Below, in pieces: positions 19,496 to 28,807 of a stretch of 64,000 bases of DNA. The translations under genes were made by a program, and so were the position numbers. The notes under the pieces are model-generated. The model worked only from the letters and a program-made list of their open reading frames with translations, made no database searches and was not told where the DNA came from. Source of the stretch: Candidatus Hydrogenedentota bacterium (lineage in GTDB: Bacteria > Hydrogenedentota > Hydrogenedentia > Hydrogenedentales > JAEUWI01); NCBI GenBank assembly GCA_034669905.1, contig JAXMOL010000033.1, positions 22,960 to 86,959 on the forward strand, read 5' to 3'. Positions within the stretch are counted from its first letter, which is position 1. Each line of letters starts with the position of its first letter.

Positions 19496-21112
19496 CTAAC
19501 GGGCCAGTCCGCCCGGCATGGTTACCCGGCCCCCGTAACGATGGAGCAGTCGGGCCGCACTTTCTTTTCCGAAGAAGAGGGCCTCTTCCATGGGGGTTTT
19601 CTGGAACATACGGTCACTGCGGTTTACATCGGCGCCGTGTAGGAGGAGCTGTTGCACCAAATCATCCCGCCCCCGTACCGAAGCCGCGTGCAAGGGCGTA
19701 AAGCCAAAGGAGCCTGCGTTGCGGTCGATGGCGCGAGGCTGCCGTTCCAGCAACTCAAACAGGGCGGTCTCATTGTTTAAGGCGATGGCGCTGATGGGGT
19801 CCAGGGTCGCGCCGCGCTCCAGGAGGTAGTGACACAGGGTGGTGTGGCCCCGCTCCGCCGCAATCTGAAGGGGGGTAGCGCCAATGCGCAATTTCCGCGA
19901 GAGCGCGCCCTCATCGGCATGGAGCAATGAGTCGGCCAGGCCCACGTGTCCAAGCGCTGCCGCGGTGAAGATATCAAGTCGCAGGCCGGCGTGGCGCACC
20001 CGCTCGATCAGGCCCTCGTTGCCATTGCAGGCCGCGAGGTGGAGCAGGTTTTTGCCATTGTTCATCACCCGACGGGGGTCGCCGCCCCGGGAAAGTAAGC
20101 GACTGAGCAAGGCATCGTGACCGAAGTCCACCGCCAGGTGCACGCTGGTGCAGCCCCAGTGATCGACGGTATTCGGATTCGCGCCATGGTCAAGCAGTGC
20201 GGTTACCAGGGCCTCATGCCCCCCACAGACGGCCCAATGAAGGGCGGTGCGGTGCCAGGGGCCCGTCGTATCGACTGGAGTCGCGGGCAGGGCGCGGAGC
20301 ACGGCGGCGCGATGCCCGAGGGCCGCTGCCGCAAAGAAATCCGGCTGGGCACCGGCGCTCAAGAGGCTTGTGGTGATTTCATCCCGCTGGCTGTAGTGGG
20401 CCGCGTGGGCCGCAAAGAGCAGCAGCGACAACCCTTCACTGTTCCGCGCCTGCAGCAGGTCGGGTTGCTCGATCAATAAGGTCTGTACCCGGGCACGGTG
20501 TCCATGCCAGGCCGCCATGAAAATCTGGGTTTCGGCCGAAAACGCCGTGGCTTCTGCCGGGGATGGGTCCACCGTCACCCGCGCGGGTTCCACCAGGCGG
20601 GCCAGTTTCTGGCGGGCATTGTAGAGGCGCTTTTTTACCGTGGTCAGGGGGAGTCCCAGTTTTTCGGCGATAGCTTTCTGGGGGGTGTTCTCCCAATAGA
20701 CCGCATGCAGGAGCGCGCGCTGTGTATCGGTAAGCTCCTTAAGGCCTTGCTGCAAAATAGCTTGCGGGACCTGGTCCTTCAGCAGGCCCTCGGGGAGGCG
20801 CGGCTCATCCGCCACATCGGCACCATGGATGAGTTCCACCGTGGGGAGCGTCTTCTTCCGGGTGACCCGGTCGCATTGTTTTACCAGAATCCGTTTGAAC
20901 CACGACGAGAAGGCGTGGGGCGATTGGAGCTGATGAATCTTCAGCGCCGCCTCCAGAAATGCCTCCTGAACCACCTCTTCCGCCCGATGGTGGTCGCCCA
21001 GCCATGCGAATGCCCGCTCATGGGCCGTGCCACCGAAACGGGACACGAGGGCATTGAAGGCCTCCGTATCGCCGTTCTGGGCATCTAAAACGATGGATTT
21101 GAGCGGTTTCAT
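19496..21112 (-). CDS. ECF-type sigma-70 factor with C-terminal ankyrin repeats
   Basis: Sigma2 AEEVVQEAFL...FSSWFKRI; sigma4 IAEKLGLPLTTVKKRLYNAR; ankyrin motifs TALHWA, TPLQIAA, TPLHAA...GADVN. Confidence 0.9.
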   Translation of the reverse strand: MKPLKSIVLDAQNGDTEAFNALVSRFGGTAHERAFAWLGDHHRAEEVVQEAFLEAALKIHQLQSPHAFSSWFKRILVKQCDRVTRKKTLPTVELIHGADVADEPRLPEGLLKDQVPQAILQQGLKELTDTQRALLHAVYWENTPQKAIAEKLGLPLTTVKKRLYNARQKLARLVEPARVTVDPSPAEATAFSAETQIFMAAWHGHRARVQTLLIEQPDLLQARNSEGLSLLLFAAHAAHYSQRDEITTSLLSAGAQPDFFAAAALGHRAAVLRALPATPVDTTGPWHRTALHWAVCGGHEALVTALLDHGANPNTVDHWGCTSVHLAVDFGHDALLSRLLSRGGDPRRVMNNGKNLLHLAACNGNEGLIERVRHAGLRLDIFTAAALGHVGLADSLLHADEGALSRKLRIGATPLQIAAERGHTTLCHYLLERGATLDPISAIALNNETALFELLERQPRAIDRNAGSFGFTPLHAASVRGRDDLVQQLLLHGADVNRSDRMFQKTPMEEALFFGKESAARLLHRYGGRVTMPGGLAR

Positions 21113-21256
21113 AGGGTTCCTGGGGTGGTTTTTGGACGAGTTACGGGTAGCTTTGGCGAAAAATGGGTCGCTGCGGACTCATTCCCCTCATTATACCGTG
21201 AAAGTCCCACTTTGTGCGCTGTGGGATACCTATGGGAGCAAAATGGGCCTATTCTT

Positions 21257-21337
21257 GTGGACTTTGTGGACGAGGTGGACTGGGTGGACTGGGTGGACGG
21301 TGCTGCTGGTCCACCTCGTCCACAGTGTCCACAAAGT
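21257..21337. repeat. 9-nt-period GTGGAC x5 array followed by an inverted GTCCAC x3 array
   Basis: gtggac at 21257, 21266, 21275, 21284, 21293; gtccac at 21309, 21318, 21327. Confidence 0.85.
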
Positions 21338-21360
21338 TTCAAGGCGTCGCTTTCGCGCTC

Positions 21361-21390
21361 TTGACGCATGACCTATATTCGGTCTATATT
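21361..21390 (+). promoter_or_regulatory. Putative toxin-antitoxin operon promoter with overlapping palindromic operator
   Basis: TTGACG-N18-TATATT; GACC-N7-GGTC lies inside the spacer. Confidence 0.55.
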
Positions 21391-21418
21391 AAGTTCGATA
21401 CGACAGAAAGGATATTCC

Positions 21419-21694
21419 ATGCGACTTTCCACCCAAATCAAACCCATCAGCTACCTCAAGGCCCACGCGGCGGAAATCGTCCGCGAGCTCGGCAAGGACG
21501 GCGAGCCCCTCGTGATTACCCAGAATGGCGAGGCCAAGGCCATCATGCAGAGTCTGGCGGAATACGAGCGCACCCAGGAGACGTTGGCGCTGTTAAAAAT
21601 CCTGGCCTTGGGGCGTAAGGATGTGGAAGAAGGTAAACTTGTTCCCGCAGACGAATTCTTTACCGAATTCCGTGCGAAACGAAACATAGATTGA
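21419..21694 (+). CDS. Phd/YefM family antitoxin
   Basis: IKPISYLKAHAAEIVR...PLVITQNGEAKAIMQS. Confidence 0.9.
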   Translation: MRLSTQIKPISYLKAHAAEIVRELGKDGEPLVITQNGEAKAIMQSLAEYERTQETLALLKILALGRKDVEEGKLVPADEFFTEFRAKRNID

Positions 21695-22020
21695 TGGCGT
21701 ACGAAGTCTTCCTGACGGAAAAGGCGCAACGAGATCTAATTGAGATCTACGACTACATCGCGGACAACGACTCTCCGGAAGCGGCCGACTACGTTTACGA
21801 AAGCATCGAGGAGGTCATTCAAAGTCTTCGTGAGCTTCCTCACCGAGGCGTGTGTCCCAAAGAATTCCTCGAACGCGGGGTGACGGACTTCCGCGAACTT
21901 TTTTTCAAGCCCTACCGCATTATTTACGAAGTAGAGGGCAGCGCGGTCTATGTGTACTTGGTGGCAGATGGTCGACGAAATATGTCGGCCCTTCTTCAAC
22001 GGCGACTACTGGCCGAATAA
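21691..22020 (+). CDS. RelE/ParE family toxin
   Basis: V.LT..A..DL.EIYDYIA...PHRG...RE...KPYRIIY...DGRR; overlaps the antitoxin stop. Confidence 0.9.
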   Translation: MMAYEVFLTEKAQRDLIEIYDYIADNDSPEAADYVYESIEEVIQSLRELPHRGVCPKEFLERGVTDFRELFFKPYRIIYEVEGSAVYVYLVADGRRNMSALLQRRLLAE

Positions 22021-22029
22021 AGATTCGGG

Positions 22030-23421
22030 CTACCGCCGCACCTCGAACAGGATATCGCCCTTCTCCTCCTGTTCCGCTCGCTTCCGAAACGCCACGCCGC
22101 CGTCATCGGCCAGGTTTTCGCCGACGCTGTAGAGCAGGTAGCCCCTTTTCTTCATCACGTAGCGAATCGGCTCACCATCGAAGGGGTCGGCCATATTGAG
22201 GGCGGGATTGGATGCGACCAGGGCGGCGAGGCTAGCGGGCAACGCGCCATGTTGCACCCGATGGCGCTCCAGGGCCAGGGCGGTGCGGGTGAGGTTTAAT
22301 TTCGCGCGAATTTTGATGACACCAGGAACATTTTCGAATGGCCCCATTTCGTAGTCCTCAGAGAACCGATTGCCCGACGCCGATGCTGAGGCTTCACGCT
22401 CCCTGATAATTGAGGCGGCTTCGCTCCACGGTTTCTCGCAACAATGATAAGCCGCCAGTGCGTTTTCCAATACCCGCAATTTGAAGCGCTCATAGTCCCG
22501 GCCCGCGAGCCATTTAATCGCTCCGTCGGAAAGGGGGGATTGGGCGGCATACGTCCAATAGGGATCCAGCAAGAGAAACCATCGCGGTTCGAGGATGTCT
22601 CCCGGATCGGTATGTTGCACGAGGGACATACGAAACCAGGCAATCGGGTCGAGCGGTTCGAGCAGGGCGGCCATGCCCTCCAGCTCCCGCTCCGAAAAGG
22701 GCCGATGGTTCAGCGCCCGTTCGATGACTTCGCAGGTGACGTGTGCCGTGGCGCTTCGGTAGGAGGCCACATAGTCCTCATAGAGTTTGTACGCCGATGC
22801 CTGCCCACCCAGAAGCCGCCATAGCGCCTCGTCATCACCGGTTGCGAGGGCCAGGTCGAAGGCTACCCGGACGGTATCGCGCATACGTTGTATTTCAACG
22901 GCGAACTCGTACCAATCTTCTCTATCTTCCATTGGCGTCGGTGCCAGGGAGGTGGTGTCCATATAGGGCTGCTCCACGCCCAGGAGGAAGGCGTCAATCG
23001 CCGGCTGGTTCATGTCCACAAAGGCCGTCATAGCCGCGATACGCGCTTCGGAGTAGACCTCATAGGGCGCGGGCGCTTCGCCTTGGCCCACATAGGGAAG
23101 CAGATCGAAGTGGTCATTTGAGACGCCTCGCCACAATCTCAGGGCTTCTTTGATAGGGGGGGCGCCTTGGTTATTTTCCGCAAGCAACGGTTGTTGGGCC
23201 GCCCAACCGGCCCAGGTGGAAGGGTAGCCCGTCGCCTCATATGTCTCGCGTACCTGGTCCTGCTCGGCTTGGATGGCGGCAATTGCGCGGGATTGCCACC
23301 ACAGGCCTGCGCCGGTGATTGTCGCGGCAAGCAACAGGGGTGCGAGACACAGCAGCACAACGCCGAGAAGACGTTTCCGCGACCAGCCACGCTTTTCATG
23401 TTGTTTCATCGTAGGGGCCAT
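22030..23421 (-). CDS. Hypothetical membrane-anchored protein with pseudopilin/GspG-like C-terminal motif
   Basis: N-terminal TM helix; ALERHR...G.LP.SL..L...DPFDGEPIRY...YLLYSVGEN..DDGG. Confidence 0.6.
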   Translation of the reverse strand: MAPTMKQHEKRGWSRKRLLGVVLLCLAPLLLAATITGAGLWWQSRAIAAIQAEQDQVRETYEATGYPSTWAGWAAQQPLLAENNQGAPPIKEALRLWRGVSNDHFDLLPYVGQGEAPAPYEVYSEARIAAMTAFVDMNQPAIDAFLLGVEQPYMDTTSLAPTPMEDREDWYEFAVEIQRMRDTVRVAFDLALATGDDEALWRLLGGQASAYKLYEDYVASYRSATAHVTCEVIERALNHRPFSERELEGMAALLEPLDPIAWFRMSLVQHTDPGDILEPRWFLLLDPYWTYAAQSPLSDGAIKWLAGRDYERFKLRVLENALAAYHCCEKPWSEAASIIREREASASASGNRFSEDYEMGPFENVPGVIKIRAKLNLTRTALALERHRVQHGALPASLAALVASNPALNMADPFDGEPIRYVMKKRGYLLYSVGENLADDGGVAFRKRAEQEEKGDILFEVRR

Positions 23422-23509
23422 CCTTTTCGAATGAAGTGTCTACTATTGGTCTGTTTCAAAGTTGTGGGAACTTATTTCGCCAGTCCCATTTCAGTTAGTC
23501 CCCTGCCAA

Positions 23510-23590
23510 TTCCCCTCCTGGGAGGTGCCAGGGGTGGGTTAGCGGCGCTTTTTGTGACTTGACCCACCCCCAAACCCTCCGAGGAGGGGA
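23510..23590. repeat. TCCCCTCC...GGAGGGGA palindromic repeat element
   Basis: ttcccctcctgggagg...ggggtgggt / acccacccc...ccctccgaggagggga; a related half copy lies at about 13706-13738. Confidence 0.6.
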
Positions 23591-23845
23591 GTACTATCGG
23601 ATATCGGTCGAGGATTTCGCACTAGATTTAATGACCCATCTGCGTGAATCACACCACTATACCTGACGGGGAAAGCTTCTATTTTGATTGACGCGGCCAT
23701 GGTGCCTCGCAGGGACGATAGGGACAGGACAGACCGCGTTGATTGGTGGGGCCGTGGCGCGGTATTCGCTGCCTTGGTTTATTTGTGCGCATAGCGTCGT
23801 GCTTACGTATAATCTCCGTTTCCCTGTAGCTTTCTGGAGTACCTG

Positions 23846-25090
23846 ATGAACGAAATTGCCGAAGACGCAGTCATGCAAGAAATCGAGGCCTCCCAGCCGG
23901 TGTCCGCCACCGCTGCGACGACCACCATGAGTGTGTTGGTCGCCCTGAGTCTGTCTCACATGATGAACGACACGATTCAGGCGGTACTACCTGCCATATA
24001 CCCCCTCCTCAAGGCGAACTACACCCTCTCCTTCACCGAAATCGGCCTGATTAGTGTGGCCTTCATGATGTCTTCATCGGTGCTCCAGCCCCTGATAGGG
24101 CTCTACACCGACCGCAACCCCAAACCCTATTCACTCGCCATGGGCATGGGGATTACCCTGTGTGGCCTGTTGCTCCTGTCGACCGCGGGGACTTATCCCA
24201 TTGTGCTTGCCTCGGCCGCCATGATAGGTAGTGGGTCTGCGATATTTCATCCTGAGGCCTCGCGCTTGGCCCATTTGGCCGCGGGGCGTCGCCATGGCTT
24301 CGCCCAAAGCCTTTTTCAGGTCGGTGGTAACTTCGGGAGTTCTCTCGGGCCCTTGCTCGCGGCGTGGATTATTGTGCCCCGTGGCCAGGGGGCCGTGGTG
24401 TGGTTTTCACTCATTGCCTGCGTGGCCATCTTCGTGTTGACCATGGTGGGCCGTTGGTACGCCGGGCACCTGGACGCACGCCGTCGCAATGCCGGGGCCG
24501 TGGCGCCTGCGAAGCCCAAGTACCAGCTGTCACGCCGGGCGACCATGGTTGCCCTGAGCATTCTCGTGGTGCTGATTATGTCGAAGTTTTTCTACATGAT
24601 CAGCCTGACGAATTATTACACCTTTTATCTCATCGATAAGTTTGGTGTCTCCGTGCAGGCGTCCCAGATTTACCTTTTCGTGTTTCTCTTTGCCGTAGCG
24701 GCGGGCACGATCGCGGGCGGGCCCCTCGGTGATCACTTCGGGCGGAAGGCGATAATATGGGTGTCCATACTTGGCGTCGCGCCCTTCTCCCTGGCCTTGC
24801 CCCACATGGGCCTGACGGGCACGGTGGTGTTGAGCATGTTTGCCGGAGCCATTCTGGCGTCGGCCTTTTCGGCGATCCTGGTCTTTGCCCAGGAGTTGGT
24901 GCCGGGCCGGGTCGGACTGGTGGCCGGGCTCTTTTTCGGCTTCGCCTTTGGCATCAGCGGGATTGCTTCGGCCGCCCTGGGCAAGGTGGCGGATTGGACG
25001 AGTATCGGCTACGTCTTCCAGGTGTGCGCCTACCTGCCTTTGCTCGGTATCTTTGCGGCGTTCCTGCCGGGACGGAAGCACCGGGTGTGA
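23846..25090 (+). CDS. fsr: MFS transporter, fosmidomycin-resistance (Fsr) family
   Basis: SHMMND, SSVLQPLIG, FHPEASR, AQSLFQVGGNFG and GGPLGDHFGRK. Confidence 0.8.
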   Translation: MNEIAEDAVMQEIEASQPVSATAATTTMSVLVALSLSHMMNDTIQAVLPAIYPLLKANYTLSFTEIGLISVAFMMSSSVLQPLIGLYTDRNPKPYSLAMGMGITLCGLLLLSTAGTYPIVLASAAMIGSGSAIFHPEASRLAHLAAGRRHGFAQSLFQVGGNFGSSLGPLLAAWIIVPRGQGAVVWFSLIACVAIFVLTMVGRWYAGHLDARRRNAGAVAPAKPKYQLSRRATMVALSILVVLIMSKFFYMISLTNYYTFYLIDKFGVSVQASQIYLFVFLFAVAAGTIAGGPLGDHFGRKAIIWVSILGVAPFSLALPHMGLTGTVVLSMFAGAILASAFSAILVFAQELVPGRVGLVAGLFFGFAFGISGIASAALGKVADWTSIGYVFQVCAYLPLLGIFAAFLPGRKHRV

Positions 25091-25186
25091 CGAGAGCGCA
25101 GGCTGGAGCGGGCTGTGCCCTATCAGGCTGTGTCGCCCTTTCGTGCCGAAGACCTTTGAGAAGAATCTCCAGGTGCCCGAAGGCGC

Positions 25187-25356
25187 GCCAAAGTGGGTTG
25201 GCCTTCCAGGCTGACACAACGCACCCTCGACACGGCAGATAGCGCGAGGTCGTAAAACGTTGGCTACGACATTCCAGGGTGCTGCTCATGGCGCGCCGCT
25301 CCCTTGGGTGTTTTGAGCGAACGACATGACAGGCTGGAAGCCTATCCCACTTTGGC
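25187..25356. repeat. REP-like inverted repeat pair (ACAGGCTGGAAGCCTATCCCAC type)
   Basis: gccaaagtgggttggccttccaggctg versus acaggctggaagcctatcccactttggc. Confidence 0.65.
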
Positions 25357-25395
25357 TAACCGGTTATAGTCGGGGCATCCACACGGATCCCCGAA

Positions 25396-25986
25396 TTATT
25401 CCTTCAGCACCATGTCGATGCACATGACGGCAGCGAGGATGAGTTTCCGGATGGGGCTGCCTGCGGGTACGTCATCGCTGATTTTCAAGACGTAATTGTC
25501 GGCCGAGGTGAAGAGTTCTTTGCCGAGTCCTGCCCACTGTTTGCTGACATGGGCCAGCTCGGTCTCGCCGGCCAGGAAGCGGAAATCCCAGCCGGTCCAT
25601 TTTCCCTTCAGCGCGCATACCTCATTGTCTTGGGGATCCAATACCCGGAAGGCACCGCCGAGGCTGAAGAGCTTTTGTTTGAAGCCGCCGATGAGTTGGT
25701 TGTTTTCGTCGAAGACCTCTACTTTCGATAGAAAGATGCTGATACCCCGGCGCACGGTAATGAGAGGCTGGCCGTCGGGCGTGCGGATTTCGACTTCGAA
25801 GGGCGTCATGCGTTTGTAGTCGGTGAAGCGAAGCATCTTGGTGAAGAGGCCCAGGTTGTCTTCCCGGCAATGGAGGATTTCTTCGCTGGTTTCCGGGTTC
25901 AGAATATCGAAATTATTGGCGGCTTTGAACATGCCGACATGTTCGCGGACAAAGAAAAGGTTACGATCCAATACAGTGCTACTCAT
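25396..25986 (-). CDS. Phospholipid scramblase / LURP-one-like protein
   Basis: FFVREH...TPFEVEI...KQWAGLGKELFTSADNY...AAVMCID. Confidence 0.8.
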   Translation of the reverse strand: MSSTVLDRNLFFVREHVGMFKAANNFDILNPETSEEILHCREDNLGLFTKMLRFTDYKRMTPFEVEIRTPDGQPLITVRRGISIFLSKVEVFDENNQLIGGFKQKLFSLGGAFRVLDPQDNEVCALKGKWTGWDFRFLAGETELAHVSKQWAGLGKELFTSADNYVLKISDDVPAGSPIRKLILAAVMCIDMVLKE

Positions 25987-26129
25987 GGGTTTCTCCCGGA
26001 AAAAGAAAACGGGCCAAGCCCCCTGCGGGCCTGCGTCCTATGGCGCACAACGCTAGCAGATTGATCGCGGAGGATCAACCAGCACCGACGTAGGTGAGCG
26101 CTCAAGCTTCGCGAAGGGGCCTTCTACCC

Positions 26130-28517
26130 CTATGGCGTCGCGGTGGGTAGGGGCCAGACCGATATGGTGGGGGGCTCCTGGTTCCACCGGATGGACCCCA
26201 CCGCAGGCACACCGGATGGAAGTTTCAGACGAAACATGCCCGTATCTGCGTTGACGACTCGAAACTCGTAGGGCTCAGAGCCGCCGGGTCCGGGCCAGAA
26301 ATCAGACAAGCGCGTGACGGTCTTGTCTTCGTAGCGATAGGTGTAGAGTTCTTCCCCGAACTCCGGTTCCCGCGCTGTAAAAAAGAGGCGGTCTTCTGCG
26401 CCAGCGATGCTGTAGGGATCCGCCGATTCGGGGCCCACCCAGATATCCGCGACGATCCGGGTCCCCTCGGGCGTGCCATCGGTCATCCATAATTCTTTTC
26501 CGTGGGCGGCGTCGGTGGCCCGGAAGAAAAGAAACTCTCCCCCGTCGACGAATCCGTGGGGCTCGCCGTTTTCGATGCCCGGATTGATGTCACGAAGCAA
26601 CCGTGTGCCGGATGCCGTGCCATCGGAAACCCATAATTCGCTGCCGGTTTCCGGAGATGTCGCGCGGAAGTAGAGCTTCCCCTGCCAGGTAAACAGCTCG
26701 TCCGGGCTGGAGGATTCCGGCCCTGCAACCAAATCGACGAGCAATTGGATGCCCTCACTCCCTTTTCGATGAATCCAGAGTTCCGTGCCGTGGGCCTCGT
26801 CACGATGGGCGAGAAGCATCGTGTCTCCCATTACACTCATGGTGCTCGCATCGTCAAAGAGTTCGGCGATATCCCGTACGGTATGGGTTTCGCTCTCATA
26901 CTCGAAAAGGAACTGCGCATGACCCACGCTCTGCAGTCCCATGAAATACATGGTCTTCGTGCCCCAGGTTACCTTGGGGGTCATCATGGCGGAGCCATTT
27001 CTGCCCGGAAAAATATCTTTGACCATGGCCGTTTGTTGTTCACGGGTATTGGTCATCCAGAGTTCCCGGCCCTCTTGGAGTGTTGTGGCGTAAAAAAGAA
27101 CGAATCCGTCCAGTTCGCCGAAGCACCACGGTTCGCTCCCCATGGTGCCGGGGATAATATCGCGGACTATACCTACGTGGAAGACATCGGGAGCGTGCTT
27201 TCTGGCAACCCAGAGTTCCTCCCCATGGTCTGGGGTCTGGGCGGCAAACAAGACGGTGTTCGAATTGGGAATGTGGAACAAACGGCGGGGATGGGAGCCC
27301 TTGGGTCCGGGCCAGATGTCCATCACCATACCCATTCTACCGGAGACGTCGATGTGCCACAGTTCGGGGCCGTGGATGCCGTCGTCGTAGACGAAGTGGG
27401 CCCCATGGGCCGTTGGCGTGAATTCGCGCGGCTCAGGTCGGGGGGTACTTCCCGCGGCGCTCGTGTCGGGATTGGTGGCGGTTGCAAGCCCGTCTTCCCG
27501 TTCCGGGCGGGGGAACATGGCGGCGATGGCGATGAGGAGCACGAGGGCCAGGGCAAGGCCCAGGAAGGCCACCGCGGCGAAACGCCTCGAACGTTTGTTG
27601 CGTACCCCACCGCGCCCCCGGGGTGCCACCCGTTCCATGGGCAGCGTCTCGGCCAGTTCCTCGTTGTATTCGGGTATGTCTTGAAGGCGCTCGAGCGCCT
27701 CCTGGGCTGATGCGGGCCGCCGCGTCTCGTCGCGATCCATCAGATCCGCAATGAGGGCCGCCAGTTCCAGCGACACGTCGGGCCGTCGTTCGCTGATGGG
27801 GGTGGGGTCCGAGAGGAGGACCTGCTTCATTACGGCTGCCGGGGTATTGCCGGAAAAGGCGATTTCCGCCGTCAGGGCCTCATACATCACGACGCCGAGG
27901 GCATAAAGGTCCCACCGGAAATTCGGTTTGGCATCTTCCCAGGCTTCCGGCGGGCTGTAGCGGGGCGTACCCCAGAAAGGACCGGTACGGGCGGTCAGCG
28001 TGGTCCCCTCCGGCGCACTCAGGTCCAGTGCGCGGGCGATGCCGAAGTCGGCGAGGTAGACATGCCGGTCGGGCGTCACCAGGAGATTTCCGGGTTTCAG
28101 GTCGCAGTGGATTACGCCCTGCTCATGGCAGGCCACGAGCGCTGTCAGCACCTGCTCCATGTAGCCGAGGACGTGGCCGAGGGGTAATGGCGTGGCGCCA
28201 ATCATGGAAGAGAGGGGGCTGCCCTCGATGTATTCCATTTCGATGGCGAGTTCGTCCCCGATGGGCTCCAGGTGATAAACCCGAACCACGTTGGGGTGTT
28301 CGATGCGCGCTGCCGCCTTGGCCTCGCGGAGGAAGCGTCGCTTAATGGACTCGTCGGCAAGGAGGTGACCATGGATCATTTTCAGCGCGACCTTGCGGTC
28401 CAGCCGTGTGTCCCAGGCGGCATAGACGACGCCCATGCCTCCAGAACCCAGCGTCCCCAGAATGCGGTAGGCACCCCGCTGGTCATGTTGCTTCATCTCT
28501 TGTTCACTGGAATGCAA
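26130..28517 (-). CDS. Membrane Hanks-type Ser/Thr kinase with extracytoplasmic ELWxxDGT repeats
   Basis: GSGGMG, VALK, HCDLKPGN, DFG, GTPRYSPPE; one TM helix; repeats GSELWVSDGT, GKELWMTDGT and about five degenerate copies. Confidence 0.9.
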   Translation of the reverse strand: MHSSEQEMKQHDQRGAYRILGTLGSGGMGVVYAAWDTRLDRKVALKMIHGHLLADESIKRRFLREAKAAARIEHPNVVRVYHLEPIGDELAIEMEYIEGSPLSSMIGATPLPLGHVLGYMEQVLTALVACHEQGVIHCDLKPGNLLVTPDRHVYLADFGIARALDLSAPEGTTLTARTGPFWGTPRYSPPEAWEDAKPNFRWDLYALGVVMYEALTAEIAFSGNTPAAVMKQVLLSDPTPISERRPDVSLELAALIADLMDRDETRRPASAQEALERLQDIPEYNEELAETLPMERVAPRGRGGVRNKRSRRFAAVAFLGLALALVLLIAIAAMFPRPEREDGLATATNPDTSAAGSTPRPEPREFTPTAHGAHFVYDDGIHGPELWHIDVSGRMGMVMDIWPGPKGSHPRRLFHIPNSNTVLFAAQTPDHGEELWVARKHAPDVFHVGIVRDIIPGTMGSEPWCFGELDGFVLFYATTLQEGRELWMTNTREQQTAMVKDIFPGRNGSAMMTPKVTWGTKTMYFMGLQSVGHAQFLFEYESETHTVRDIAELFDDASTMSVMGDTMLLAHRDEAHGTELWIHRKGSEGIQLLVDLVAGPESSSPDELFTWQGKLYFRATSPETGSELWVSDGTASGTRLLRDINPGIENGEPHGFVDGGEFLFFRATDAAHGKELWMTDGTPEGTRIVADIWVGPESADPYSIAGAEDRLFFTAREPEFGEELYTYRYEDKTVTRLSDFWPGPGGSEPYEFRVVNADTGMFRLKLPSGVPAVGSIRWNQEPPTISVWPLPTATP

Positions 28518-28807
28518 TTGCGCTCAGCTTTCCGATCGTCCGGGAATGCGTTCGTTCTGAACCCCCCGGGCGCTGTTAACCGATCGAGAATCACCATGGC
28601 CACTAGACTAAACGCTTCCGCGCATATTACGCAACAACCCACTACGGTGATGACATGGCAGATGGTGCGCTGCTTGTAGGTGATCGCCTCCTCAACCCCG
28701 CGTAGGCGAATGGGGTGGACGTTGGGCCTCGCTGGAGTCCTGCCGTCCTGCCACGACGGATCGGGGTTGCGGCGTCAACCTGCTTCGTGCCCTTCATCCG
28801 GACCTGT

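Noticed and set aside
21130..21175. Autoregulatory ECF promoter (CGACCC...CGTAA) upstream of the sigma-ankyrin gene
   Set aside because: The spacer is about 19 nt, longer than the usual 16-17; not supportable without orthologs.
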